Part shown: in pieces, positions 49,283 to 56,918 of the stretch | How positions within the stretch are numbered: position 1 is the stretch's first letter | Layout: the number at the start of each line of letters is the position of its first letter | From: a virus | Taxonomy: Duplodnaviria; Caudoviricetes | DNA: 56,918 nt | Reading direction: 5' to 3' (one strand) | Virus record (IMG/VR): IMGVR_UViG_3300029823_000284 | Location: 1-56,918 of that record | Made by a program: the position numbers and the translations under genes | The notes under the pieces: generated by a model | Database searches by the model: none | What the model was told of the DNA's origin: nothing | Seen by the model: the letters and a program-made list of their open reading frames with translations, nothing else

Positions 49283-50452
49283 ATGATGTTGAATCCGTTA
49301 AAATATTTAAGAATTTGGAACAATGAAGATTGTCCATGCGGCAGTGGTAAGAAGTACATTAACTGTTGCAAAAATAAAGAACCTATACCACAACAGTTAT
49401 CAAAAAAACCTCCTGAGGTTCAAGTTATGGAAATGATGAGAAAATCCATGGCTAAGTGTTGTATGCACCCAGACCAGGAACATTGCAAGGGAAAAATTAA
49501 AGATGCGCATGCTTTACAGAATAATAAGATCATATCGTTGCTTGCAGGAAGTGAAAGACATGTTTATATGCTTGATCCCAAAAAGCAACCATTATTAATT
49601 CCAATGAATAATGGCAAAACTGAAATGATTATTGAGATAAGCCGGATAAGTGCAAATCAAGCTACTACAGAAACATGCTTTTGTGATTTACACGATAATA
49701 TTGCTTTTGCAATAATTGAAAAAGGCGCGCCGGATTTTGATGAATTGAACGAAGAAATGAAATTCGTTTATGCATATAAAGCATTTATTTTTGAATATTA
49801 TAAGCAACGCATGGCCATAGATATTTTTAGAGCAAGTTTTGCAAAACAGCCATTTGCATTCAAATCACTCACGATGATTGGAATGTACAGGATGTTGCAA
49901 TTAAAAATGCGTGAATTTGAACCCATAAAAGAACATTTCGACAGGGAGATTCTTGCTAAAAAGCATGGAGGTATTGAAACGTGTGTTGTGAAAATACCAG
50001 AACAGATCAAATTCGCGGTTTATGCTTATATTGCCCCTGATTACGATTTGGATGGAAATAAAATTAAACATACCGTTAAAGGTGTTATGCATCGGCTTGC
50101 TGTGACTGTTTTTCCTGAAGAGAGTCAATCATATATTTTATTAAGCTGTTTGAAAAGCGAAAAACCGATATATGAGGGATTATTTAAACAGCTTCGGAGT
50201 TATTCAATAGATAAGATTAAATTCTATATGTCGATGGTTTTACCATTGTATTCAGAAAATATGGTGTTGAGTCCCGCCTTATGGAGATCTTGGGATGATG
50301 AAACTAAGATGGCATATACTTTTTATGCAAATTTAAACGGGCCAAACGCAGCTGTTTACAGTAAGTGCATTGGGATGGGGATACGGAATGCTGCTAAAAG
50401 TAGATCAAGTTATGACTATAGTAAACGAGGCAAAATTGACTTATTTATTTAA
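49283..50452 (+). CDS. SEC-C motif protein, possible HNH-like metal site
   Basis: CPCGSGKKYINCC; C..C..AHALQ..FCDLHDN. Confidence 0.75.
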   Translation: MMLNPLKYLRIWNNEDCPCGSGKKYINCCKNKEPIPQQLSKKPPEVQVMEMMRKSMAKCCMHPDQEHCKGKIKDAHALQNNKIISLLAGSERHVYMLDPKKQPLLIPMNNGKTEMIIEISRISANQATTETCFCDLHDNIAFAIIEKGAPDFDELNEEMKFVYAYKAFIFEYYKQRMAIDIFRASFAKQPFAFKSLTMIGMYRMLQLKMREFEPIKEHFDREILAKKHGGIETCVVKIPEQIKFAVYAYIAPDYDLDGNKIKHTVKGVMHRLAVTVFPEESQSYILLSCLKSEKPIYEGLFKQLRSYSIDKIKFYMSMVLPLYSENMVLSPALWRSWDDETKMAYTFYANLNGPNAAVYSKCIGMGIRNAAKSRSSYDYSKRGKIDLFI

Positions 50453-50469
50453 TAAGCCAGAGTATTGTG

Positions 50470-50546
50470 GTTGATATGTTCCCTCGGACGTCTGTTTTCC
50501 AAAAAACAGCCAAAATGCCGTTGATATGTTTCCACGAACGCATGGT
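50470..50546 (+). repeat. Two copies of an rlmD-like VDMFPRT segment, 50 bp apart
   Basis: GTTGATATGTTCCCTCGGACG (50470) and GTTGATATGTTTCCACGAACG (50520). Confidence 0.65.
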
Positions 50547-50562
50547 TAAAAAATCGGCTCCA

Positions 50563-50611
50563 GACATCAATGCCATCAACTCAAGCCACGTTGAGACGGT
50601 CGTATTGATGT
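50563..50611 (+). mobile_element. attR-like serine-recombinase site (right arm completed at 52513 after intron removal)
   Basis: 22-bp arms, 17/22 inverted identity (GACATCAAT..CTCAA gcCAcg TTGAG..ATTGATGT|C), centred on CA 50587-50588. Confidence 0.72.
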
Positions 50612-52512
50612 GTGCGTCCAGCTAAGCTGGCAAATGCTAGCAGGTGAAAGTCCTGCAGTGGTAAAGGTAGGGCAGCCACTTAGTCAGTAACCAGCGTATG
50701 GTGTAATCTATGCGTTGAAGCGTTACGGAATGTTCCGTAAGGAGCAGGCAAACTGGCGGGTTGTAACATAAAGTGAATACTGCCGCACCGTTATTTACAT
50801 TTCCGAAAGGAAACAACAGGGAGTCGAGCTGCGACATCAACAGCAAAGACAGAAGACGGTATGAAGAACCCTAAATGCAATACCTAAGAACCCTGCGGTG
50901 TAGAGGTAACGACACGTCAGGAAAGTATTTGTCGGAACTGGAGAGAGCCTACTTTGCACAGGAAACTGTAAAGAGGAAGCATATAAGCAAAAGCGAAGTT
51001 GCTTTCTGCAAAGAGGCAGTCAGAAGTGCTCATAGTACCAAGGATTGTACAGACAACAAAACTGTGCATAGGGAAGGGGCACAACTTTATTCAAGTCTGT
51101 AAAGGAGGTAGGTGCCGGTGATTGCCGAAAAAGCTATAAACACCCATGAAAAAGTACGAGACTTCCAAAACAGACTATACCTTACAGCCAAAGCTGACCG
51201 AAAGAGAAAGTTCTATGCGTTGTATGACAAGATATACCGTAATGATATCTTAGAAGAAGCATGGAAACGGGTAAAACAGAATGGTGGAACAGGCGGTATT
51301 GACAAAGTCAGCATTGATGATGTGAAAACGTACGGTGAAGAAAAACTACTGGGCGAAATAGCGGAAGAATTGAGGACTGGGAAGTACCGGTGTAAGCCTG
51401 TCAGACGAAGCTATATTCCAAAACCAGATGGTAGAAAAAGAGCATTGGGGATACCTACGATTAAGGACAGAATAGTACAGATGGCGGCAAAGATAGTGAT
51501 AGAGCCGGTGTTTGAAGCAGATTTTCAACCCTGTTCGTATGGATTTAGACCGAAACGAAGTGCTAAACAAGCAATGGACAGGATATTTGAAGTGTCCGAC
51601 AAAGGTGGTGCACTATGGGTAATAGATGCTGACATAAAAGATTATTTTGGTAGCATCAACCATGATAAGCTAATTTTGTTGCTCAAACAAAGAATAACTG
51701 ACCGTAGAGTATTAAAGCTGATAAATAGTTGGTTAAAAGCAGGAGTGCTGGAAAACGGATGGTACAGTGAAAGTATACTGGGAGCACCGCAGGGTGGAGT
51801 TATTTCTCCACTATTGTCCAACATATATCTGAATTATTTTGATGTGTATTGGAATAAAGCCTTTGGACATCTGGGTGAATTAGTGCGTTATGCAGATGAT
51901 TTTGTGATATTGTGTAAGAGGTTATCTCATGCAGAAGAAGCCTTGCGCGCTGTGAAGTGGATTATGGAAAAACTGGAACTAACGCTTCACAGTGAGAAAA
52001 CAAGACTGGTTGATATGTATTTTGGTAAAGGTAGTTTTGATTTTCTTGGCTTCAATAATAGATTTCAGCGTTTTAGAAATAAAAACTGGCAGTGGTATTG
52101 GACACTACAACAGATACCGTCTAAGAAGGCTATGAAGAAAATGAGAGCTAACATAAAAGAGGTATTTAACAGTCCTAGCAAGCTGCTGCTAAGTATGGAA
52201 GAGATGGTGAAGCTACTCAATCCTAAAATCATTGGCATGAGGAACTATTATACCAGACGATTTAGCAGACCATGGTTATGGAAGATAGATAAGTATATAA
52301 ATTTCAAGTTTACTCGGTGGTACAATCGGAAGAAACAACGCAATTATAGGCTAGGAAGTGCAGCAAAGGTCAGAGAATTGACTAAACAGGCAGGACTAGC
52401 AAATATGTGCGGCTGAATGCTGAAGGAAGAAGAATATCGGAAAGCCGTATGCGGGAAAATCGCACGTACGGTTTGATGAGGGGACGGTGGTAAACCCACT
52501 GTTCTACTCTAT
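50612..52512 (+). mobile_element. Group II intron (1901 nt)
   Basis: 5' GTGCG at 50612; domain V AGCCGTATGCG..CGCACGTACGGTT near 52443-52473; domain VI and ..CTACTCTAT 3' end; EBS1 ACATCAA (50834-50840) complementary to exon TTGATGT. Confidence 0.93.
51112..52416 (+). CDS. ltrA: Group II intron reverse transcriptase/maturase lacking endonuclease domain
   Basis: LGIPTIKDRIVQ, SYGFRP, PQGGVISPLLSNIYL, RYADDF, FDFLGF, domain X; GTG start after AAGGAGG. Confidence 0.93.
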   Translation: MPVIAEKAINTHEKVRDFQNRLYLTAKADRKRKFYALYDKIYRNDILEEAWKRVKQNGGTGGIDKVSIDDVKTYGEEKLLGEIAEELRTGKYRCKPVRRSYIPKPDGRKRALGIPTIKDRIVQMAAKIVIEPVFEADFQPCSYGFRPKRSAKQAMDRIFEVSDKGGALWVIDADIKDYFGSINHDKLILLLKQRITDRRVLKLINSWLKAGVLENGWYSESILGAPQGGVISPLLSNIYLNYFDVYWNKAFGHLGELVRYADDFVILCKRLSHAEEALRAVKWIMEKLELTLHSEKTRLVDMYFGKGSFDFLGFNNRFQRFRNKNWQWYWTLQQIPSKKAMKKMRANIKEVFNSPSKLLLSMEEMVKLLNPKIIGMRNYYTRRFSRPWLWKIDKYINFKFTRWYNRKKQRNYRLGSAAKVRELTKQAGLANMCG

Positions 52513-52557
52513 CAAGGGTTGATAAATAAAAGCGAAAAAGTGCTTGATATAAAGGGA

Positions 52558-52612
52558 ATTCCGTGATTTTGAACTCATATTCAAGCTGGGTTCTAGGTCA
52601 CGGATATTTTTA
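52558..52612 (+). terminator. Hairpin downstream of rlmD 3' end
   Basis: CCGTGATTTTGAAC..GTTCTAGGTCACGG then T run. Confidence 0.5.
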
Positions 52613-52650
52613 TTGTAAGAACATATCTAAAACCCCGAAAATACAGGGTT

Positions 52651-52753
52651 GAGTGGACATTGTTACTAATTGCCTACTGAGTTGACGAAATTACTGTCAA
52701 AAATGTGGCGAGTGGATAGAATTACTGCAAAAATAGAATTGAGTTGACGATCT
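52651..52753 (+). repeat. Imperfect ~31-bp tandem repeat (GAGT[G/T]GA..TTACT)
   Basis: Units start at 52651, 52679, 52710, 52741. Confidence 0.6.
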
Positions 52754-52795
52754 ATTTGCATACTTTAACCGCGAAATTCATGTCGATTTGGGGGA

Positions 52796-52824
52796 TTGAA
52801 ATTTCCTACAGTCTATGCTATACT
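52796..52824 (+). promoter_or_regulatory. Sigma-A promoter of R-M operon
   Basis: TTGAAA, 17 bp, TGnTATACT. Confidence 0.65.
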
Positions 52825-52882
52825 ATTTTAGACCCTGATGTAATCATTATATAATAAGGATTAATTCCTGGAGGAGTCACTT

Positions 52883-53065
52883 ATGAATAATAAATCAAAA
52901 ATATGTGGGAGACCTCCCGGTAAAGTAAAAACAGCCAAAATTGAAGTAGCCATAGAACCAGAAATCAAAAAAGAATTCATGGAATTATTGGCTCTCGAAG
53001 GGAAAAAAGCTTCAATTGAAATTGGTACGTGGATACGGGAGTATATAAAGTCCCGAAAGGAGTAA
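52883..53065 (+). CDS. Ribbon-helix-helix-like controller protein
   Basis: GRPPG..KIEVAIEPEIKKEF..IREYI; GGAGGAG RBS; leads the MTase operon. Confidence 0.65.
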   Translation: MNNKSKICGRPPGKVKTAKIEVAIEPEIKKEFMELLALEGKKASIEIGTWIREYIKSRKE

Positions 53066-53071
53066 TAAAAT

Positions 53072-54004
53072 ATGAGAATTCTATCCCTATTTAGTGGATG
53101 TGGGGGTTTAGATAAAGGCTTTCAAAATGCTGGCTATGACATTGTATGGGCAAATGATTTTGATAAATATGCTGTTCAGACATATAAGGAGAATTTTGGT
53201 GACCACATCGTGCTTGGAGATATAAACGATATCCCTCTTGAGGAACTGCCAGATTTTGATGTCTTAATAGGTGGGTTCCCTTGTCAACCGTTTAGCATGA
53301 TGGGTGAAAAAAGAGGTTTTGAAGACGCTCGTGGAACTCTTTTTTTTAGAATAGCAGAAATAATAAAATATAAAATAGATAAAAATGAAAAGCCAAAAGT
53401 AGTTGTTTTGGAAAATGTACGTTCATTACGCACCCATGATAAAGGAAGGACATTCAAAACAATCTTAAATATCTTAGAAAAAGATTTGGGTTATAAGGTC
53501 TTTACAGATGTATTGAATACAGCTGATTATGGTATTCCGCAAACAAGAAACAGAACATATATCGTTTGTTTTGCAAATGAAAATGCAGAGTTTTTGTTTC
53601 CGGAAAAGCAGGAGCTTGATTTAACATTGCAAGATCTATTGGAACACAATGTTGATCAGAAATATTTTTTATCTGATAGGATATTGCCAACCATCTTATC
53701 TAATGGAACGGGTGGATATAAGGCTAAATCAGAAATTGATTTGGAAATAGCAAGACCGTTATGTGCAACTATGGCAAAAATGCACAGAGCTTGCCAAGAT
53801 AATTATGTTACACAAAATGGTAGAGTAAGGCGTCTCACTCCCCGTGAATGTGCGAGACTGCAGGGATTTGATGACGATTTTGTAATCCCTGTTTCTGATT
53901 CACAAGCATATAAGCAATTTGGAAATGCAGTTACTGTTAATGTTTCGCAAGCAGTTGCAGAAAAGATTAAAGATGTATTATTAGAATTAGGAGAATGGGC
54001 ATAA
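53072..54004 (+). CDS. C5 cytosine DNA methyltransferase 1
   Basis: SLFSGCGG, GGFPCQPFS, ENV, PQTRNR, QFGNAV. Confidence 0.95.
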   Translation: MRILSLFSGCGGLDKGFQNAGYDIVWANDFDKYAVQTYKENFGDHIVLGDINDIPLEELPDFDVLIGGFPCQPFSMMGEKRGFEDARGTLFFRIAEIIKYKIDKNEKPKVVVLENVRSLRTHDKGRTFKTILNILEKDLGYKVFTDVLNTADYGIPQTRNRTYIVCFANENAEFLFPEKQELDLTLQDLLEHNVDQKYFLSDRILPTILSNGTGGYKAKSEIDLEIARPLCATMAKMHRACQDNYVTQNGRVRRLTPRECARLQGFDDDFVIPVSDSQAYKQFGNAVTVNVSQAVAEKIKDVLLELGEWA

Positions 54005-55437
54005 TGGAGAGTTTCAATTTCAATAAAGATAAAGAAGAAATTAATTCTATATTATCATCTATTTATAATAAGGATTATAATTTTGATAAGAATAAAGCAC
54101 AGACTGTGCTAGACTATATAGCTTCAGCGGTAGGTAACGAATACTTAGATGGACGTGGTTCCATATTTAAACAGTCAGCAAAAAAATCTCAAAAAATAGG
54201 TAAATTACTTACAGCATTATACGATGATTGTTGTGGTACGCAAAAGTGTAATGAATGTGTTATATCCAAGTATTGTAATAGTTATATTCGCAATCGTATT
54301 GAAAATTATGACCACAACGCACCAGTCATGATCGATTTATTTTGTGGGGCTGGTGGTCTTTCTTTAGGCTTTACACAAAGCGGTTTCATTACAAGTTTAG
54401 CAAATGACATAGAGCCTTGTTGCGTAGATACATATGCACATAATCATCCGGAAACACCTAGGGAACACATTATACTTGGTGATATTAATGATGTTATTGA
54501 TAATATTGAAAATCTACAGAGGTTTGATGAGGTTGATGTTGTTGTGGGAGGCCCACCATGCCAAGGATTTAGCATGGCTAATAGACAACGACTCATTGAT
54601 GATCCGCGTAATAAGCTCTATAAGAGTTATGTTAAAGTTGTATCAATGGTCCAGCCAAAGTTTTTCGTAATGGAAAATGTGAAAGGTATGAAATCTGTAT
54701 CCACTCAAGTAATAGAAGATTTTGAGAACATTGGATATTCAGTTTCATGCAGGATACTAAACGCTAAGGATTATGGAGTGCCACAAAATCGAGAAAGACT
54801 AATTTTTATTGGCAATAGAGTTGAGATAAATAACGATGAATTATTCGATGAAATTGAAGGACTTTCTGAGGCAATTCCTAATACTGTTTTAGCAGATGCA
54901 CTATTTGGATTAAGGGAACTCGAAGCATCTAGAAAGAAAAATGCTACAGAAGTAGACTCTGAGATATCAGGAAAGAAAATTGAAAAAAAGACTTCAGTTG
55001 TTGAAAATGATTATATTCAGTTTATTAATCAAAATCGAAACTGTCCCATAGTGTTTAATCATAAGGCTAGGTATAATAATGATCGAGATATAGAAATATT
55101 TGGAAGGCTTAACCAAGGTGATAGATCAGATGATCCTAAGATTGCAGATATCATGCCTTATAGTAGAAGAAATGACATTTTTAAAGATAAGTATTTTAAA
55201 CTTGAGGAAAATAAAGTATGTAAAACCATAACGGCTCATATGAAGTTTGACTGTAATATGTATATACATCCAACACAAGCGCGTGGACTAACTCCAAGAG
55301 AGGCCGCAAGGGTGCAATCATATCCAGATGATTACTTTTTCCGGGGTGCATATACAAAAACATATATGCAAATAGGAAATTCAGTACCCCCTCTTTTAGG
55401 TCGAGCTATAGCGGAAGTAATTAAAAATTATTTATAA
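53995..55437 (+). CDS. C5 cytosine DNA methyltransferase 2 with Cys-rich N-terminal extension
   Basis: DLFCGAGG, GGPPCQGFS, ENV, PQNRER, QIGNSVPP. Confidence 0.93.
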   Translation: MGIMESFNFNKDKEEINSILSSIYNKDYNFDKNKAQTVLDYIASAVGNEYLDGRGSIFKQSAKKSQKIGKLLTALYDDCCGTQKCNECVISKYCNSYIRNRIENYDHNAPVMIDLFCGAGGLSLGFTQSGFITSLANDIEPCCVDTYAHNHPETPREHIILGDINDVIDNIENLQRFDEVDVVVGGPPCQGFSMANRQRLIDDPRNKLYKSYVKVVSMVQPKFFVMENVKGMKSVSTQVIEDFENIGYSVSCRILNAKDYGVPQNRERLIFIGNRVEINNDELFDEIEGLSEAIPNTVLADALFGLRELEASRKKNATEVDSEISGKKIEKKTSVVENDYIQFINQNRNCPIVFNHKARYNNDRDIEIFGRLNQGDRSDDPKIADIMPYSRRNDIFKDKYFKLEENKVCKTITAHMKFDCNMYIHPTQARGLTPREAARVQSYPDDYFFRGAYTKTYMQIGNSVPPLLGRAIAEVIKNYL

Positions 55438-55441
55438 TGAG

Positions 55442-56866
55442 GTGAAGAGTATGACATTTAATGAAGCAATCGAAAGAATTCAAAGCGTTTTAGCCTTGAT
55501 AGGTACAACAATTGATAAAAATGTTTATGATGGGATTATCGTTAAGAAGTTAGAGGCATCTAATACCCTTGACGACGGAAGAACGACAAATCAGACGCAT
55601 ATAGCCATAACTGGAGTTCAAATGGATATTTTCCCATATCTTCGGTCAGATGGGTACTTCAATGATTCTGAATCAGATGCGGACTTAAAGAAATACTTTA
55701 TAACTCAAGTACCAATGATTTTAACGAAGTCTAATGTAGAGTATCTTGACCGTAATAGTGAAGGTTCAAACATATCTTTTACCTCTGATAAAAAACGTTC
55801 GGTAACATCTGTTGTTAGGGGTAAAAGACGAGCACAAGCTGATCAAATACAAGTATCTCTAATCAACTTCGATGGGGAAGACTTTATTGCCTTTAGAAGA
55901 TTATTGCATGCAGGCTCCTATTTAATAATTTTGAAGAAGCACCAATTATTTGAGTATGAGTGTTATGGCGTTATCCCGAATCGTGGTATTGATGAAGATG
56001 GTGGCCTGCAGGAACTGAATAATCAATTCTTTAAATTAGCAACTAATACAAGAGTAAACGTAGAGATGCTTGGAGAAATTGATTATGATTACGCTGATAG
56101 AATAACAGGTGGAAAGAATATCCTTCTATATGGTGTTCCTGGCTCTGGAAAGAGCTGGACTATTGAGCATGAATATTGCAACGAAGATAGCATTGTTGAT
56201 CGTTTGGTTTTCCATCCAGATTATACAAATGCAGATTTCGTTGGACAGATTCTGCCTGTGGTAGACGAGGATAAACAAGTTACATATGAATTCACACCTG
56301 GACCATTTACTACGATTCTTTCTAATGCATATCGCAATCCGATGAGCAAATACATCCTTATAATTGAGGAAATTAATCGTGGTAATGCACCTGCTATTTT
56401 TGGAGAGATATTCCAACTGCTTGATCGAAAAGTTGAGATGCAGGATGGCGATGATGGTTTTCCAGTAGGAACGAGCGAGTATGGTATTACCCATAAATAC
56501 ATGGCTGAATTTATTTATGGAAATCCAGCACATAAGGTTCGCATCCCTTCCAACCTTTCTATAATTGGCACAATGAATACATCTGACCAGAATGTATTCA
56601 CTCTTGATACTGCGTTCCAACGTAGATGGCGGATGAGACTTATTGAGAATAACTTTGACAATGTACGTCCTTCGCTGGCTGATGCAGAAATTTTAGATAC
56701 TGATGTTACTTGGAAACGCTTCTGTGAAACTGTAAATACAATTATCGTTGGAAACAAAGCTAAAATGGCATCTGCTGAGGATAAGCGCCTCGGTGTATAT
56801 TTTGTTCATGAAAATGATCTTAAATTTGACTCAAGAGCACTTCTGTCAACGCCGGAAAAGAAATGA
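55442..56866 (+). CDS. McrB-like AAA+ GTPase (LlaJI R1-like), probably truncated by IS insertion
   Basis: GVPGSGKS, FHPDYT..DFVG, IEEINRGN, GTMNTSDQN, AFQRRW; last codons overlap IS-like end. Confidence 0.85.
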   Translation: MKSMTFNEAIERIQSVLALIGTTIDKNVYDGIIVKKLEASNTLDDGRTTNQTHIAITGVQMDIFPYLRSDGYFNDSESDADLKKYFITQVPMILTKSNVEYLDRNSEGSNISFTSDKKRSVTSVVRGKRRAQADQIQVSLINFDGEDFIAFRRLLHAGSYLIILKKHQLFEYECYGVIPNRGIDEDGGLQELNNQFFKLATNTRVNVEMLGEIDYDYADRITGGKNILLYGVPGSGKSWTIEHEYCNEDSIVDRLVFHPDYTNADFVGQILPVVDEDKQVTYEFTPGPFTTILSNAYRNPMSKYILIIEEINRGNAPAIFGEIFQLLDRKVEMQDGDDGFPVGTSEYGITHKYMAEFIYGNPAHKVRIPSNLSIIGTMNTSDQNVFTLDTAFQRRWRMRLIENNFDNVRPSLADAEILDTDVTWKRFCETVNTIIVGNKAKMASAEDKRLGVYFVHENDLKFDSRALLSTPEKK

Positions 56867-56918
56867 TGGAAACGCCGGACGAAATTTGACCCAAACGCCG
56901 ATGAGAATATCGCCGGAA
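56844..56918. mobile_element. Terminal region of an IS21-family-like element (runs off right edge)
   Basis: Starts TGTCAACGCCGG; AACGCCG repeated at 56848, 56871, 56894 (23-bp period); abrupt GC increase. Confidence 0.65.

Larger units (their letters stand above)
50587..52529 (+). pseudogene. rlmD: Displaced 3' end of rlmD/rumA-type 23S rRNA methyltransferase, split by the intron
   Basis: Joining 50587-50611 to 52513-52529 gives CAC GTT GAG ACG GTC GTA TTG ATG T|CA AGG GTT GAT AAA TAA = HVETVVLMSRVDK*. Confidence 0.78.

Noticed and set aside
50637-51102. ORFs 50637-50846 and 50875-51102
   Set aside because: They lie within intron RNA domains I-III and are unlikely to be coding.
51112-52416. 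RT as a DGR, retron or Abi-type defence RT
   Set aside because: It is embedded in a complete group II intron RNA (GTGCG start, domains V/VI, EBS1-IBS1 match) and has domain X. I saw no template/variable repeat pair in the tail genes.
52651-52753. CRISPR array
   Set aside because: Units are too short and degenerate, with no unique spacers and no cas genes.
1-56918. tRNA/rRNA genes and a left att site
   Set aside because: None recognised by eye; attL and the rlmD gene body are probably outside the window.

Overview
Most of this window (~1.7-43.4 kb) is an apparently intact temperate siphovirus-type prophage, typical of Clostridia/Firmicutes elements that use a serine-recombinase trio. In order it carries: an ImmA/ImmR-like immunity switch; a phage sigma-70 region-4 protein; a PolA/SSB/VapE/SNF2 replication block; HNH, cos and terminase; a MetK + DNA methylase pair; an amidoligase/GGCT cassette; HK97-type head and tail genes; holin and amidase; and three recombinase genes. 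It is flanked by AT-rich defence-like cargo: a restriction-endonuclease/SF2-helicase on the left, and GmrSD-like, ADP-ribosylglycohydrolase and SEC-C genes on the right. The right end is an att-like inverted repeat carrying the last codons of an rlmD/rumA-type gene (HVETVVLMSRVDK*). A complete group II intron (50612-52512) sits inside one arm of that site, and its EBS1 matches the arm. Beyond it is a LlaJI-like R-M locus whose McrB-like gene appears cut by an IS21-like end at the window edge. The best candidates for undescribed biology are the att-targeting intron, the amidoligase/pseudo-ligase/GGCT cassette with duplicated promoters, and a sigma-factor regulon (three fixed-spacing motifs) gated by a structured RNA leader. 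All family assignments come from motif recognition by eye, not database searches.
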